This document shows positions 9,179 through 18,441 of a DNA stretch of 64,000 bases, piece by piece (the first letter of the stretch is position 1; the number at the start of each line of letters is the position of its first letter). Both the position numbers and the translations under genes were made by a program. Under the pieces are notes generated by a model. The model searched no databases and was not told the origin of the DNA. It saw only the letters and a program-made list of their open reading frames with translations. Origin of the DNA: a virus. The stretch spans positions 1 to 64,000 of the IMG/VR virus record IMGVR_UViG_3300010334_006426; one strand, given 5' to 3'.

Positions 9179-9925
9179 CTACACCTTTAATGCTTTATCC
9201 CAAATTACAAGTTGTAGCCTAGGACTAAACTTTAAATCATGCTTTTTACATAATTCTGCAACCATTGCCGCCTTATTTGTATGTTCTGTCCTACTACCAC
9301 AACATGGCATTAACCATACCCTATGCTTAGGTACTAATACATCAGGATGTTCGATGTACTTTCGATATACTTCATCTAAATCTCTTAGATCATTAATCAC
9401 AAATTTAAAGCCTGAACCCGCCCTAACGTGCCATCTGAGGACGGTAGGTTTATATCTTTTTTCTTCTGAATCACCATTATTCGATAGCTTTGGCGAAGTT
9501 GTATATGTAGCTTGATATACTGACCATTCATCTAATGGCTGTATAGTTGCATTTGTTTCGAAATCAATTTTAGGTATAAACCCATTTCTCTTAGAAAACT
9601 CTCTTACTAGCTCCAATAAAGCTTTCTGCTGGATAAGAGGTTCACCGCCAGTAATCTTCCATATTGCTCCATCACGTAAATGCTTTGTGTGTCCTTCATT
9701 GTCTAATATATCAAGAATATCATTAACTGTAAAACGGTTTTTTACGGACCAACTGACAAAACTATCACAACCATGAGGTGAATCAGCTGATGCAAACCCC
9801 TTGCAAGTTAAATTACACATTGAAACTCGCATGAAAACTGAGGGCATGCCCGCATATTCTCCTTCACCTTCAATAGTATAAAAAATCTTATCATCGCTTA
9901 AGAAAATAATAGGTTGCTCACTCAT
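9179..9925 (-). CDS. queE: 7-carboxy-7-deazaguanine synthase (radical SAM)
   Basis: IFYTIEGEG..G.PSVFMR..CNLTC..CDS, ITGGEPL, ETNAT, SPKL, SPRLQ; other que genes nearby. Confidence 0.85.
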   Translation of the reverse strand: MSEQPIIFLSDDKIFYTIEGEGEYAGMPSVFMRVSMCNLTCKGFASADSPHGCDSFVSWSVKNRFTVNDILDILDNEGHTKHLRDGAIWKITGGEPLIQQKALLELVREFSKRNGFIPKIDFETNATIQPLDEWSVYQATYTTSPKLSNNGDSEEKRYKPTVLRWHVRAGSGFKFVINDLRDLDEVYRKYIEHPDVLVPKHRVWLMPCCGSRTEHTNKAAMVAELCKKHDLKFSPRLQLVIWDKALKV

Positions 9926-9976
9926 TATTAATATAATATATGCTTTATTCGGTTATTCAAGAATAAATATATATAG
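9926..9976. promoter_or_regulatory. Divergent promoter pair: sigma70-like for queE (-), late for phoH (+)
   Basis: Minus: TTGAAT followed by an AT-rich -10 just before ATG. Plus: ATAAATA-N7-ATG. Confidence 0.55.
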
Positions 9977-10720
9977 ATGTCGAAAAAAGACAGACAGCTC
10001 AAAAAAGCTGCAAAATTTGATAAAAGCGGTAGCGATTTATTAAAGTCGGATATTTTTCTTAATTTCAAAATAGATCAAAAGTTTCATTTTAACGATAGGC
10101 ATAAAGCTTTTGTTGAGAAAGCAAGTGACCCTAACTCCCAAATAATATTTTGCGATGGACCTGCAGGTTCTTCTAAGACTTATTGTGCAGTATATGTTGC
10201 GTTGACTATGTTAAAAGAACGTAAGATTGATGAAATATTCTACATTAGAAGTATCGTTGAATCTGCGACTCGAAAGCTAGGAAGCTTACCCGGAGAAGTA
10301 GATGAAAAGTTTAAGCCCTGGAGTATACCACTAATTGAAAAATGTGACGAGCTTGTTGGTAAGCAAACAACAAATGTTTTATTTGAAAGTGAGTATATTA
10401 AGTCAATACCAGTAAACTTTCTTCGTGGCTCAACTTTTGCTAATTCCGTGGTTATTGTTGATGAAGCCCAAAATTTAGAGCACAGCGAACTTGTCACAAT
10501 ATTAACTAGATTTGGTAGAAACTGTAAGTTATTTGTTATTGGCGATGCGAGACAATCAGATATTTTTGACAAATCTGGCTTTAAAAAGATTATGAATGTA
10601 TTTGATACTGATGAAAGCAGTGCCCATGGTATACACTCATTTCATTTCACCGAGGACGATATAACTAGAAGTAAGCTACTTAAATATATTGTTAAAGTTA
10701 TAAGTACAATCAAAAAATAA
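9977..10720 (+). CDS. phoH: PhoH-family ATPase
   Basis: GPAGSSKT, LGSLPG..EK..PW, FLRGSTF, IVDEAQN, LTRFG, GDARQSD. Confidence 0.9.
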   Translation: MSKKDRQLKKAAKFDKSGSDLLKSDIFLNFKIDQKFHFNDRHKAFVEKASDPNSQIIFCDGPAGSSKTYCAVYVALTMLKERKIDEIFYIRSIVESATRKLGSLPGEVDEKFKPWSIPLIEKCDELVGKQTTNVLFESEYIKSIPVNFLRGSTFANSVVIVDEAQNLEHSELVTILTRFGRNCKLFVIGDARQSDIFDKSGFKKIMNVFDTDESSAHGIHSFHFTEDDITRSKLLKYIVKVISTIKK

Positions 10721-11359
10721 TTACATACCCCAGCTAGTACCGCCAAATGGATTTGACCAACCTGTTGTAACGTTGTTACCCACTGTTGTACGTGCTGGTA
10801 ACGAGGCATTACCAGTGCTACTATCTACCTTTACATTCTCGACAGGCTTTTGATCAAACGGAAGCTCAAATTGCTCTGCATATACTTTAGCTGTATGTTT
10901 ATCACATGAACACTTACGACTCTCCGCAGAGACGATTGCAGAATTTTTATCATGCTCCCAAACTTCAACCTTTTGTACCCAACATCTATTGTTTGTTATG
11001 CCTCTTACATGTGCATCAGCCACATCAAAACACCAGTCTGCTGTTCTTTCAATGCCCACACCTTTATGCATAATTCTAAGATCTGCTGCACCGGCATCAT
11101 GCAAAGCTTTAAATTGATCTAACAATGGGTCATCTGCAGAAACACAAAATGTATGGTCAAATTGTTTTTCTAAAACTTGCTTGAGTTCCTTTAATCCACC
11201 AAAATCTACAACCCAATTTCTTTCATCCAGTCTATCACATGCAAACCAAAATTTTGCTACTAACCTGTAACCATGTATTAATTTGCAATGACTATCTGCT
11301 CTCCATTGCCTAAATGCACAACTACCTAATTCAATTATCTTTGTACTCTCAAATTGCAT
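10721..11359 (-). CDS. queD: 6-carboxytetrahydropterin synthase (QueD/PTPS family)
   Basis: SHCKLIHGY, WVVDFGGLK, FDHT, VEVWEHDKNSA. Confidence 0.8.
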   Translation of the reverse strand: MQFESTKIIELGSCAFRQWRADSHCKLIHGYRLVAKFWFACDRLDERNWVVDFGGLKELKQVLEKQFDHTFCVSADDPLLDQFKALHDAGAADLRIMHKGVGIERTADWCFDVADAHVRGITNNRCWVQKVEVWEHDKNSAIVSAESRKCSCDKHTAKVYAEQFELPFDQKPVENVKVDSSTGNASLPARTTVGNNVTTGWSNPFGGTSWGM

Positions 11360-11394
11360 ATGTTTATATTAATATGCAAATACGGCTAATCAAG

Positions 11395-11709
11395 TTATTT
11401 CTTTTGATTTGCCTTGCAGTCCGTACAACCATCACAATCACAGCCTTCTGCAGCATACTTACAGTGTTCTTCTGTAACTAATTTGAAACTATAATACTTT
11501 TCAAGATATGTTGAAACGGCACCATCAAAACTCTCACTTGTTTTGGTCTTACCTGCATTATTCAATGCTATAGCAGCCGCTTGCTTCTGTGCAGCTTCCT
11601 TGCTAGCAGGCTTTGAAGAACCTATCTTACCTTTAGCTTTGTAACTATTCATTAATTCAGAAATATTTTTACCTACTGTTTGTGCTGATGATCCGGGGTT
11701 TAATGGCAT
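11395..11709 (-). CDS. Small late protein with Cys-rich C-terminus
   Basis: TATAAATA 4 nt before ATG; C-terminal HC..CDCDGCTDC. Confidence 0.65.
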   Translation of the reverse strand: MPLNPGSSAQTVGKNISELMNSYKAKGKIGSSKPASKEAAQKQAAAIALNNAGKTKTSESFDGAVSTYLEKYYSFKLVTEEHCKYAAEGCDCDGCTDCKANQKK

Positions 11710-11717
11710 AATAATAT

Positions 11718-12974
11718 TTATATTAAATTAACACCTTTTAATTCTTTTAAAACAAATATAATAGGCTTAGTCGACTTTTTAATTTGCGGCAACTCTGCAA
11801 GTTTTTGCATAACTTTATCAAATTTATCTAGATTTCTATCTTTATTTGGTAATATTTTGTCAGAAATTTTATTTACCATATCGCCTAAATCATCTGGCAG
11901 GTTATTTGCAAGCAATTCTTCTAATGCCTTTCTAACAGTCTGTCTTACTTCGTCTTGAATAGTCTGTAAGGATATTTTACCCTCTTGATCTGTAATTCTA
12001 TTTAGAACTGAAATGATTTTACTTCCTTGATAATCCATAACCTTTGCATTGTAATATCTATCTTGTTCTTTTATTTTTTTAAATTTAATAATTAATATAC
12101 CTTTTTGCTCGGGATTGCCTAGAACTGCAAAATCTAAGCTTAAATCTATTTCCCTAGCTAGTTCAGTAGGCTCTAGTTCTATAATTTGGTTAACTTTTCT
12201 TCTACCTTCGAAAATACCTTTAGTGGTCATTCCTGAAGCCTGGTACTCCACCACCCCGTGCTTCATAGTCTTTAAGCCTTTAAGAGGTAAATTTTTTACA
12301 TAAATAGTATCGCCTTCCCTAACACCAGTAGGATATTCTTTTGACTTAGCTTTTCCATATCTGTCTACATCTACTAAATCATTAGGATTTAATGTTCTTA
12401 TAAATTTACCCAATTTACCTATAAAATTATTTTTACCTACAACAAACTTAGGAATACTAGAATAGGCTGATACGGCTTTGCCCGCTAAATTGCCTGCTGT
12501 TTTTAATAAATCGATAGGTGATAATCCTGGTATTAAATCTACTCCACTTTCATTTTGTAATATATTCTTATAAAAAGCCTTTAATTTTTCACTTTCATAA
12601 CCTAGTTCTTTTAAATAGGTTTCTATAAATTCATCGTTATTACTATTGAGAATATTTTTATAGCTAGGATTATCTTTGTTGATATTATTTTTCTGCAAAG
12701 CAGTTAAGATTTTTTTTTTGAAATTATCGAATGATGGTTTTTCTTGTACCGGTTCTATATGCTTCTTATCAACAGTCTGAATAGGTTCTATATTACTAGG
12801 GACATTTAATACATATACTTCAACAGTGTCAATACTTTCTGATAATATATAGCCTTCAAAGCTAGATACATTCTCATAGCCAAATGTAGATAGCTGTGAC
12901 GGGTCTACCTTAATTCTAACTTTCTTGAGCTTAGTTTGACCTAATGCTCTTTCAATTAAACCATCTACACGCAT
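11718..12974 (-). CDS. Hypothetical late protein
   Basis: 418-aa ORF; ATAAATA directly upstream. Confidence 0.7.
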   Translation of the reverse strand: MRVDGLIERALGQTKLKKVRIKVDPSQLSTFGYENVSSFEGYILSESIDTVEVYVLNVPSNIEPIQTVDKKHIEPVQEKPSFDNFKKKILTALQKNNINKDNPSYKNILNSNNDEFIETYLKELGYESEKLKAFYKNILQNESGVDLIPGLSPIDLLKTAGNLAGKAVSAYSSIPKFVVGKNNFIGKLGKFIRTLNPNDLVDVDRYGKAKSKEYPTGVREGDTIYVKNLPLKGLKTMKHGVVEYQASGMTTKGIFEGRRKVNQIIELEPTELAREIDLSLDFAVLGNPEQKGILIIKFKKIKEQDRYYNAKVMDYQGSKIISVLNRITDQEGKISLQTIQDEVRQTVRKALEELLANNLPDDLGDMVNKISDKILPNKDRNLDKFDKVMQKLAELPQIKKSTKPIIFVLKELKGVNLI

Positions 12975-13020
12975 ATGTTATTTATCCTTGATTAACCATG
13001 TTTATAACTTATAATAATGT
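12975..13020. promoter_or_regulatory. Divergent promoter pair: sigma70-like for folE (+), late for ORF 12974 (-)
   Basis: Plus: TTGATT(12988)-N16-TATAAT(13010)-N5-ATG. Minus: ATAAATA-ACAT-ATG. Confidence 0.7.
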
Positions 13021-13677
13021 ATGGTTAAAAAACGTAATTTACAATTTGCAAATCACAATCACCCAGTAAACGAGCAAGAAAAACAAGAGATTATAGATAA
13101 AGCGGCTAAAGCCTATGAATCTTACATGGATGCTCTTGGCTATGATTGGAGAAATGATCCGAACAGCGCTAATACACCACATAGGGTTGCTAAGGCTTTC
13201 GTAGAGGATTTTGCCTGGGGATGTTATAGTGAACCTCCTAAGATCACAGCATTTGATAATATAGATAAGTATGATGGCATAGTTGCGCAGACTAATATCA
13301 AAGTTACTTCTCTGTGCTCTCATCATCATGCACCTTTTACAGGTTTTGCACATGTCGCATATATCCCATCTAAAAATGGAAAGGTTATTGGGTTGAGTAA
13401 GCTTAATAGAATAGTTGATTGGTTCTCGCGTAGACCACAAGTTCAAGAAAACTTAACAATGCAAATACACGATTATATCGATACAGTTTGTGAAAAGAAT
13501 AATGGCGTTGCAGTTATGATTGAAGCAGGACATACTTGTTGCTCCAATAGAGGTATCAGGCATGACTCTACTATGCGTACGGCTAGAATGTCAGGGGCCT
13601 TTCTAGACAATAAAGATAACTCTAGGGCCGAGTTTTACAAGTTTGTTGAGTTTGCACAAAATAGAAAACTTACCTGA
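13021..13677 (+). CDS. folE: GTP cyclohydrolase I
   Basis: TPHRVAK, SLCSHHHAPF.G.AHVAYIP, GLSKLNRIV..FSRRPQVQE, HTC...RG. Confidence 0.92.
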   Translation: MVKKRNLQFANHNHPVNEQEKQEIIDKAAKAYESYMDALGYDWRNDPNSANTPHRVAKAFVEDFAWGCYSEPPKITAFDNIDKYDGIVAQTNIKVTSLCSHHHAPFTGFAHVAYIPSKNGKVIGLSKLNRIVDWFSRRPQVQENLTMQIHDYIDTVCEKNNGVAVMIEAGHTCCSNRGIRHDSTMRTARMSGAFLDNKDNSRAEFYKFVEFAQNRKLT

Positions 13678-13689
13678 CTAAATAATTAG

Positions 13690-14007
13690 TGTAATCTCAT
13701 CATAAAAGGTGAGCTCACTGTTCCACCTTCCAGCATTTCTTGCGTTAGGGATTTAGTATTTTTTTCCCATGAATACTGTAACTATAATGTTTTAATAGAA
13801 TCTGATAATAAAGATAAATGTTACGATAGATTAAAAAAGTTTGGTGTAATGGATTATGTAGAGGACATCTTAACAGAAAATGAAGAGGAAGGATTGAGAA
13901 TAGATAATAATTTTAATTACTCACCCACAATCTGTATGGTTAAATTTATTAAAGTAGAGAATATACACTACATTTTACATTCAATAGGCTTTAACGGTTT
14001 ATATTAA
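13690..14007 (+). CDS. Unannotated 105-codon open frame lacking an in-frame 5' start (possible 1-nt insertion, pseudogene or non-canonical start)
   Basis: Open frame CNLIIKGELTVPPSS...GFNGLY* fills the folE-protease gap; CTAAATA late motif then an out-of-frame GTG immediately upstream. Confidence 0.55.
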   Translation, partial: CNLIIKGELTVPPSSISCVRDLVFFSHEYCNYNVLIESDNKDKCYDRLKKFGVMDYVEDILTENEEEGLRIDNNFNYSPTICMVKFIKVENIHYILHSIGFNGLY

Positions 14008-14395
14008 TATTCACAACACCGCCATTTTGCTTTATAAATTCTTCACCCAATAGTACAGGAGTGTCGTTTTCACTTCTATCAGCAAGACTAAATGGCACAC
14101 CGTTAAATTGTTCTTTACCTAAACTACAATCTAATTTTACTACAGGTCTATCTTCTTTATTGCCGCTACCTATGTGAATGTATACTCTATCTGCGACAGG
14201 CAGTGTTAATCTTTTATCATTTACTGTTGTAAAAGTGACCTTGTCATTCTTTTCCTCTAGATCTAAAGCATGCAATACATTATAAGCACTATTCCCCGTA
14301 TCTACTTTAGCTTTAACAGTTCCTATATGCTGTAAAGTTATACCTTCTGTTAGACCAAGTATTTGTTCGTAAAAAAATTGTTTAAACGTAACCAT
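13991..14395 (-). CDS. Retropepsin-like (RimK-associated type) aspartyl protease
   Basis: AKVDTGN, RPVV, FSLADRS, PVLLG; N-terminal MVTFKQFFYE tag. Confidence 0.8.
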   Translation of the reverse strand: MVTFKQFFYEQILGLTEGITLQHIGTVKAKVDTGNSAYNVLHALDLEEKNDKVTFTTVNDKRLTLPVADRVYIHIGSGNKEDRPVVKLDCSLGKEQFNGVPFSLADRSENDTPVLLGEEFIKQNGGVVNININR

Positions 14396-14428
14396 ATAAT
14401 ATAGTATTTATTACTATAAATAATAATA
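14396..14428. promoter_or_regulatory. Back-to-back late promoters
   Basis: Plus TATAAATA before ATG 14429; minus ATAAATA before ATG 14395. Confidence 0.65.
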
Positions 14429-14947
14429 ATGAGCGAAAAAAAAGAAGTATTGAATATAACGGAAGCTTATAAAAAGATTGTTATAAATGAATTAGGCGGC
14501 TCAACTCCAGGGGACGGAGTCAGCACGGTACCCGCTCCGCAACATTCTTCTGTTGTTGCAATAAAAAATGAAGAGGAAATATCGCCTAGAGAAGTAGAAA
14601 CGGGCGAAACCGGCTCAGATATGGCTAAAGGTGAATTATACAAACTACATAAAGATGCTAAGGACTTATATAATTTAATATCTTCATGTGAAAATTTAGA
14701 ACCATGGATTTTTAGCAAAATAACTGTTGCCGCTAGTTATATTCAAGGGGTAAAAAATTATTTAGAATATGATAATTTTAAGAAAAAAGGAGAGTTTACC
14801 CCTGAAGCCGGAGGACATGAAGATCTTGTTGCAATGAAAGTGAAGGACATGCTAAATGGAGAGAGTCGTGAAGTTGTTGAGAAGGTTTTACGTCAAGCAA
14901 TATTTAATTTAGAAGCTATACAAGCGCTAGAAGAAGTTAAGCAATAG
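14429..14947 (+). CDS. Hypothetical late protein (possible prohead core/internal protein)
   Basis: Late promoter; N-terminal ITEAY; helical MAKGELYK..LEPWIFSKIT..YLEY block. Confidence 0.6.
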   Translation: MSEKKEVLNITEAYKKIVINELGGSTPGDGVSTVPAPQHSSVVAIKNEEEISPREVETGETGSDMAKGELYKLHKDAKDLYNLISSCENLEPWIFSKITVAASYIQGVKNYLEYDNFKKKGEFTPEAGGHEDLVAMKVKDMLNGESREVVEKVLRQAIFNLEAIQALEEVKQ

Positions 14948-16262
14948 TTCTTCTCGGGCCACCAAATTGTCTATTAATTTTAGTAAACTCTAATCTGTCT
15001 ACTAATTTAACATGATTAGTACCAACAAATAATACAATTCCTTCATCTTTTGTCGGGGTAAAAGAGCCATCAGCATTTTGTATAAATGTTTTGCCTACTT
15101 TTGATTCTAACGTAGCTAGCGCTTGCAGTAATAAATTCTTAGCACGTGCCATGTGAAATGTACCTGTAATTAAATTCAAAAAATTTTCTTTATTTTGCTC
15201 TAAAAACGATAGCACACTATTCATTCTTAATTCGATATTATGTTTACCAGTAGGTGTTTTTTTTGATTCTTGTTCTTTCGTATATCTTGAAGCAATAAAT
15301 TGCCTCAAACCGTCAATAAATTTGTCTATAAAAAACTCCTCTCCTCTAGCGGCGGCACCAAAAATACCTTGTGGTGCAATATCTACCTGTTTGTTTAAAT
15401 ATATTTTTAATAATGACAGAATAGGATTAGTTAGGTATTCGGCATTAAACTGCTGTGATATATTTCCAATATATAACTTAGCTTTACTTGCTTCAGCATT
15501 TATTTTTTTTAAAAGATCATCCGAAATATTAACAGATAAAGAACTAAAATTACTACTCTGAATAAACGCTTTAGATTTTACGCTGCTGGATATTAATGAG
15601 TCAACGTTTCTACCTTGCGAGATTAGCTCTATACCACCAGTACTAGTAGGTTTACCCTTAAATGATTCATGAACTATAATGCCAACTTCTGAATTACTTA
15701 CTCTATTAGATAATGGACTCTTCGAATCTACAGGAACTGCATAAGCAATTATATTTGGCTTAAAAGTAATAAAATTCTCTTCCCCAATCTTTACAATTTT
15801 TTTATCTTTTGGAAGTGCAAATAATACATCAGCTTGATATATTTTGCCAGACCCGTCATAGGCCTGCCTCAAATATTTAAGTAAATTTTTTAATTTATTT
15901 TCTAGTTCAGGCTTATCGCCATAAAAAAGATTAACCTCAGAATCAGCATGCATTATTTTTGGATTTGCTTGACTCAATCCGCCTTTAAGTGATATAAAAA
16001 ACTGATTTTTAAATTGTGATCTCGGATCAATACCAAATAGAATCATTGGACTGCCATCTATTTTTGCATTCATTTCTTGGTTCGTTTCAAAGCCTTTTAT
16101 TTTTTTGTTTATTTCATCTATATGTTGAATAAAATTTTCAAACCCTTCTTTACCATTTTCAATTGCTAAATCTTCTAAATGAGATAAATGTGTTTTTAAG
16201 TGTGCATCACTTTCTATTATTACTTTTTTTTCTTCTTGAATAAAATTTATAAAAGAGTTCAT
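14937..16262 (-). CDS. Ligase/capping-enzyme-like nucleotidyltransferase (resembles a conserved T4-like phage family, possibly DUF6267)
   Basis: THLSHLED, motif I KIDG, QAD, motif IV DEGIVL, motif V KLVDRLEF. Confidence 0.6.
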   Translation of the reverse strand: MNSFINFIQEEKKVIIESDAHLKTHLSHLEDLAIENGKEGFENFIQHIDEINKKIKGFETNQEMNAKIDGSPMILFGIDPRSQFKNQFFISLKGGLSQANPKIMHADSEVNLFYGDKPELENKLKNLLKYLRQAYDGSGKIYQADVLFALPKDKKIVKIGEENFITFKPNIIAYAVPVDSKSPLSNRVSNSEVGIIVHESFKGKPTSTGGIELISQGRNVDSLISSSVKSKAFIQSSNFSSLSVNISDDLLKKINAEASKAKLYIGNISQQFNAEYLTNPILSLLKIYLNKQVDIAPQGIFGAAARGEEFFIDKFIDGLRQFIASRYTKEQESKKTPTGKHNIELRMNSVLSFLEQNKENFLNLITGTFHMARAKNLLLQALATLESKVGKTFIQNADGSFTPTKDEGIVLFVGTNHVKLVDRLEFTKINRQFGGPRRTIA

Positions 16263-16894
16263 TTTTTTAATCTTTCGTAAACTTTTGCCATATCTTCCTT
16301 TGTAATCGGTGGTAAAAACTTCTTAAACAAATCAAAATTATTTTTGCTTAAAGCTTCTCTAGCTTTTGTCGCTGATGTTAATCTAGATACTTCTTTTTGA
16401 TTTATACTCTTGACCTCTTTACCGCTAAACACAGATGCGTTTTGATTCTTAAAAAAGGCGCTATATCTATCTTGTGCATCTTCTTGACTAGCGTATAAAT
16501 TTATTGAATAAGGTCCTTTAGTTTTCTGCTGTATCAAAGACACTACTTCCTGAGCTTTTGGATGAGGTGCTTGCGATCTGGGTGTGGGTGTAAATCTACC
16601 ATTATTAAGAATATCTGCAATATGGTAAACCGCTAAAACAGGCGACCCTGAGGTTAGTATAAAATTAATATTTTTAGGTAAATATGTTTTGTACATATTC
16701 CATATATCTAGAGATTGTTGAGATGTAATATTATCCCTATCTATAGCAGATATAAGTACAAACACCATGTTATTCTCGAGACAGGCCTTTTTTACTGTAT
16801 CAAAATGCCCTTTGTGTGGGGGTTTAAACGCACCAGGAAATACACCTATAGAGGTTTCCGCGGACTCGATTAAAAACTGTCTAAACGTTTTCAT
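16259..16894 (-). CDS. HIGH-family nucleotidyltransferase (cytidyltransferase/NadD/CoaD-like)
   Basis: GVFPGAFKPPHKGH and C-terminal SATKAREAL; N-terminal MKTFRQFLIE tag. Confidence 0.75.
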   Translation of the reverse strand: MKTFRQFLIESAETSIGVFPGAFKPPHKGHFDTVKKACLENNMVFVLISAIDRDNITSQQSLDIWNMYKTYLPKNINFILTSGSPVLAVYHIADILNNGRFTPTPRSQAPHPKAQEVVSLIQQKTKGPYSINLYASQEDAQDRYSAFFKNQNASVFSGKEVKSINQKEVSRLTSATKAREALSKNNFDLFKKFLPPITKEDMAKVYERLKK

Positions 16895-18073
16895 TTAGAG
16901 ATTCTTCAGCGGTTCTTTTAAGCCTATCTTAGGCGCGCCAGCACTAATCTGATTTGCATAAATAAATTCGCCTAATCTTTCTTTTGGAATATAAACAAAT
17001 ACATCTGAATTAACTATAAAAAGACCAGTTTCAGGAAAAGTATTAAAAATAACGTTTGTCAATGCAGTACGTATTTCCTCCAGTCCTTGAGCTAAATTTA
17101 AACTTTTTATGGTTTGTTTAAACGAATCTTGATTAGTACATTTTTTAAACAGCCTGCATTGTTTTTGTGTAATGGACCTATCTATGTTTCTAGCTTCTTT
17201 TTCAAAAAAATCTTTTTCCTGCTGATCATCTGCATTTATTTTATAATTCTTCAATATTGTATCGTACAAATCTTTTATATTGGTATTGTTTCCGCCAGGT
17301 GTAGTAGTTGTAACAACATCATTTAATACGTCAGCAAACTGTTTTAACGAAAAAATTAATGCAGGCCGGAGTTTATAATGACCTAGCGCTAGTTTATCGC
17401 CTAATAAAATTCCTTGAGACAGCTCCACGTTTGACTTGCTAAGAATAGTATGTATGTATTTGTCTATTGTCCAGCCCTCCAGACGGTCTTGATACTGAGG
17501 TCCAACAGCTATTCGAGTAATAGGGTTTTTTATTATGGCATCGTTAATAGCGGCCTTACTACTATCATCCATAGAATCATATGCTCTTAACACTTCATCT
17601 AAAAATCCATTTACGGCGTTTATTACTTGTGTTGCTGCCTGCTTACCGTTAGTGCCTGTACGAACTGTTTTTGTTTTCTTACCTTCCTTATCAGTAACAA
17701 TTTTAATTTCCTTAACTTCATAATGACCGCCATCTGGAGCTAAAACGTCAAAGCTAACCCCGGAACCCTGTATAATACTAAATGAACGTCTTTTAAATTC
17801 CGCAGCTTTATGGGCCTCTAACCGCCTAAGAGCATCATAAGAACTAACACCCCAAAATATACAAGCAAGACTATACTCACCTCTACCTACTCCGCCGTCT
17901 ATTGTATTAAAAAGCTCAGTTGGGTTTGCAAGATTAAATTCTGTCCATTTGTACTGCCTGCCAGGCTCAAATGCATTGGTTTGTTCTAATAAAACTTGCC
18001 GTCTTGGTAGAGGCGGTATAGGCCTGAACATGACCTGTTCTGTATATAGACAGTTTAAACTCTTGTAGTCCAC
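16895..18073 (-). CDS. Putative PD-(D/E)XK nuclease-fold protein
   Basis: GVGRGE...SFDVLAPDGGHYEVKE spacing (E..D..ExK); CATAAATA 4 nt before GTG. Confidence 0.45.
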   Translation of the reverse strand: MDYKSLNCLYTEQVMFRPIPPLPRRQVLLEQTNAFEPGRQYKWTEFNLANPTELFNTIDGGVGRGEYSLACIFWGVSSYDALRRLEAHKAAEFKRRSFSIIQGSGVSFDVLAPDGGHYEVKEIKIVTDKEGKKTKTVRTGTNGKQAATQVINAVNGFLDEVLRAYDSMDDSSKAAINDAIIKNPITRIAVGPQYQDRLEGWTIDKYIHTILSKSNVELSQGILLGDKLALGHYKLRPALIFSLKQFADVLNDVVTTTTPGGNNTNIKDLYDTILKNYKINADDQQEKDFFEKEARNIDRSITQKQCRLFKKCTNQDSFKQTIKSLNLAQGLEEIRTALTNVIFNTFPETGLFIVNSDVFVYIPKERLGEFIYANQISAGAPKIGLKEPLKNL

Positions 18074-18087
18074 AAGTTATTTATGAT

Positions 18088-18441
18088 TTATTCTTTAGGT
18101 TCAGTATTAACATCAATAGAATTCGAATACTTCTTCATTATATCGACTATAGAAGTAAGTACTTGTGAAGCATTCGTTTCGTTGATTTCAGGCAAATCTT
18201 TTAAGGCTTTTTCATCTAAATCGCCAGGATTCATAAAAAGTGCTTTTCTTAGCAATCTAACTAAAAAAACTTCACCTTCCGATGTAAGAGGGTTTTGATC
18301 GCTATCAGCTGGTTGTTCGGTCGGGACCGGTGGGGTTGCGGGCAGAGGTGCAGCGGCCGGGTCAGCAGAGGGCATTTGCTCTTGAGGTCCTTGCTCGTTT
18401 ATCTCAGCAAGTTTTTTATTAATAATTTCTAGAAATTTCAT
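18088..18441 (-). CDS. Hypothetical late protein
   Basis: MKFLEIINKKLAE followed by a P/A linker; coupled to the upstream gene. Confidence 0.65.
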   Translation of the reverse strand: MKFLEIINKKLAEINEQGPQEQMPSADPAAAPLPATPPVPTEQPADSDQNPLTSEGEVFLVRLLRKALFMNPGDLDEKALKDLPEINETNASQVLTSIVDIMKKYSNSIDVNTEPKE

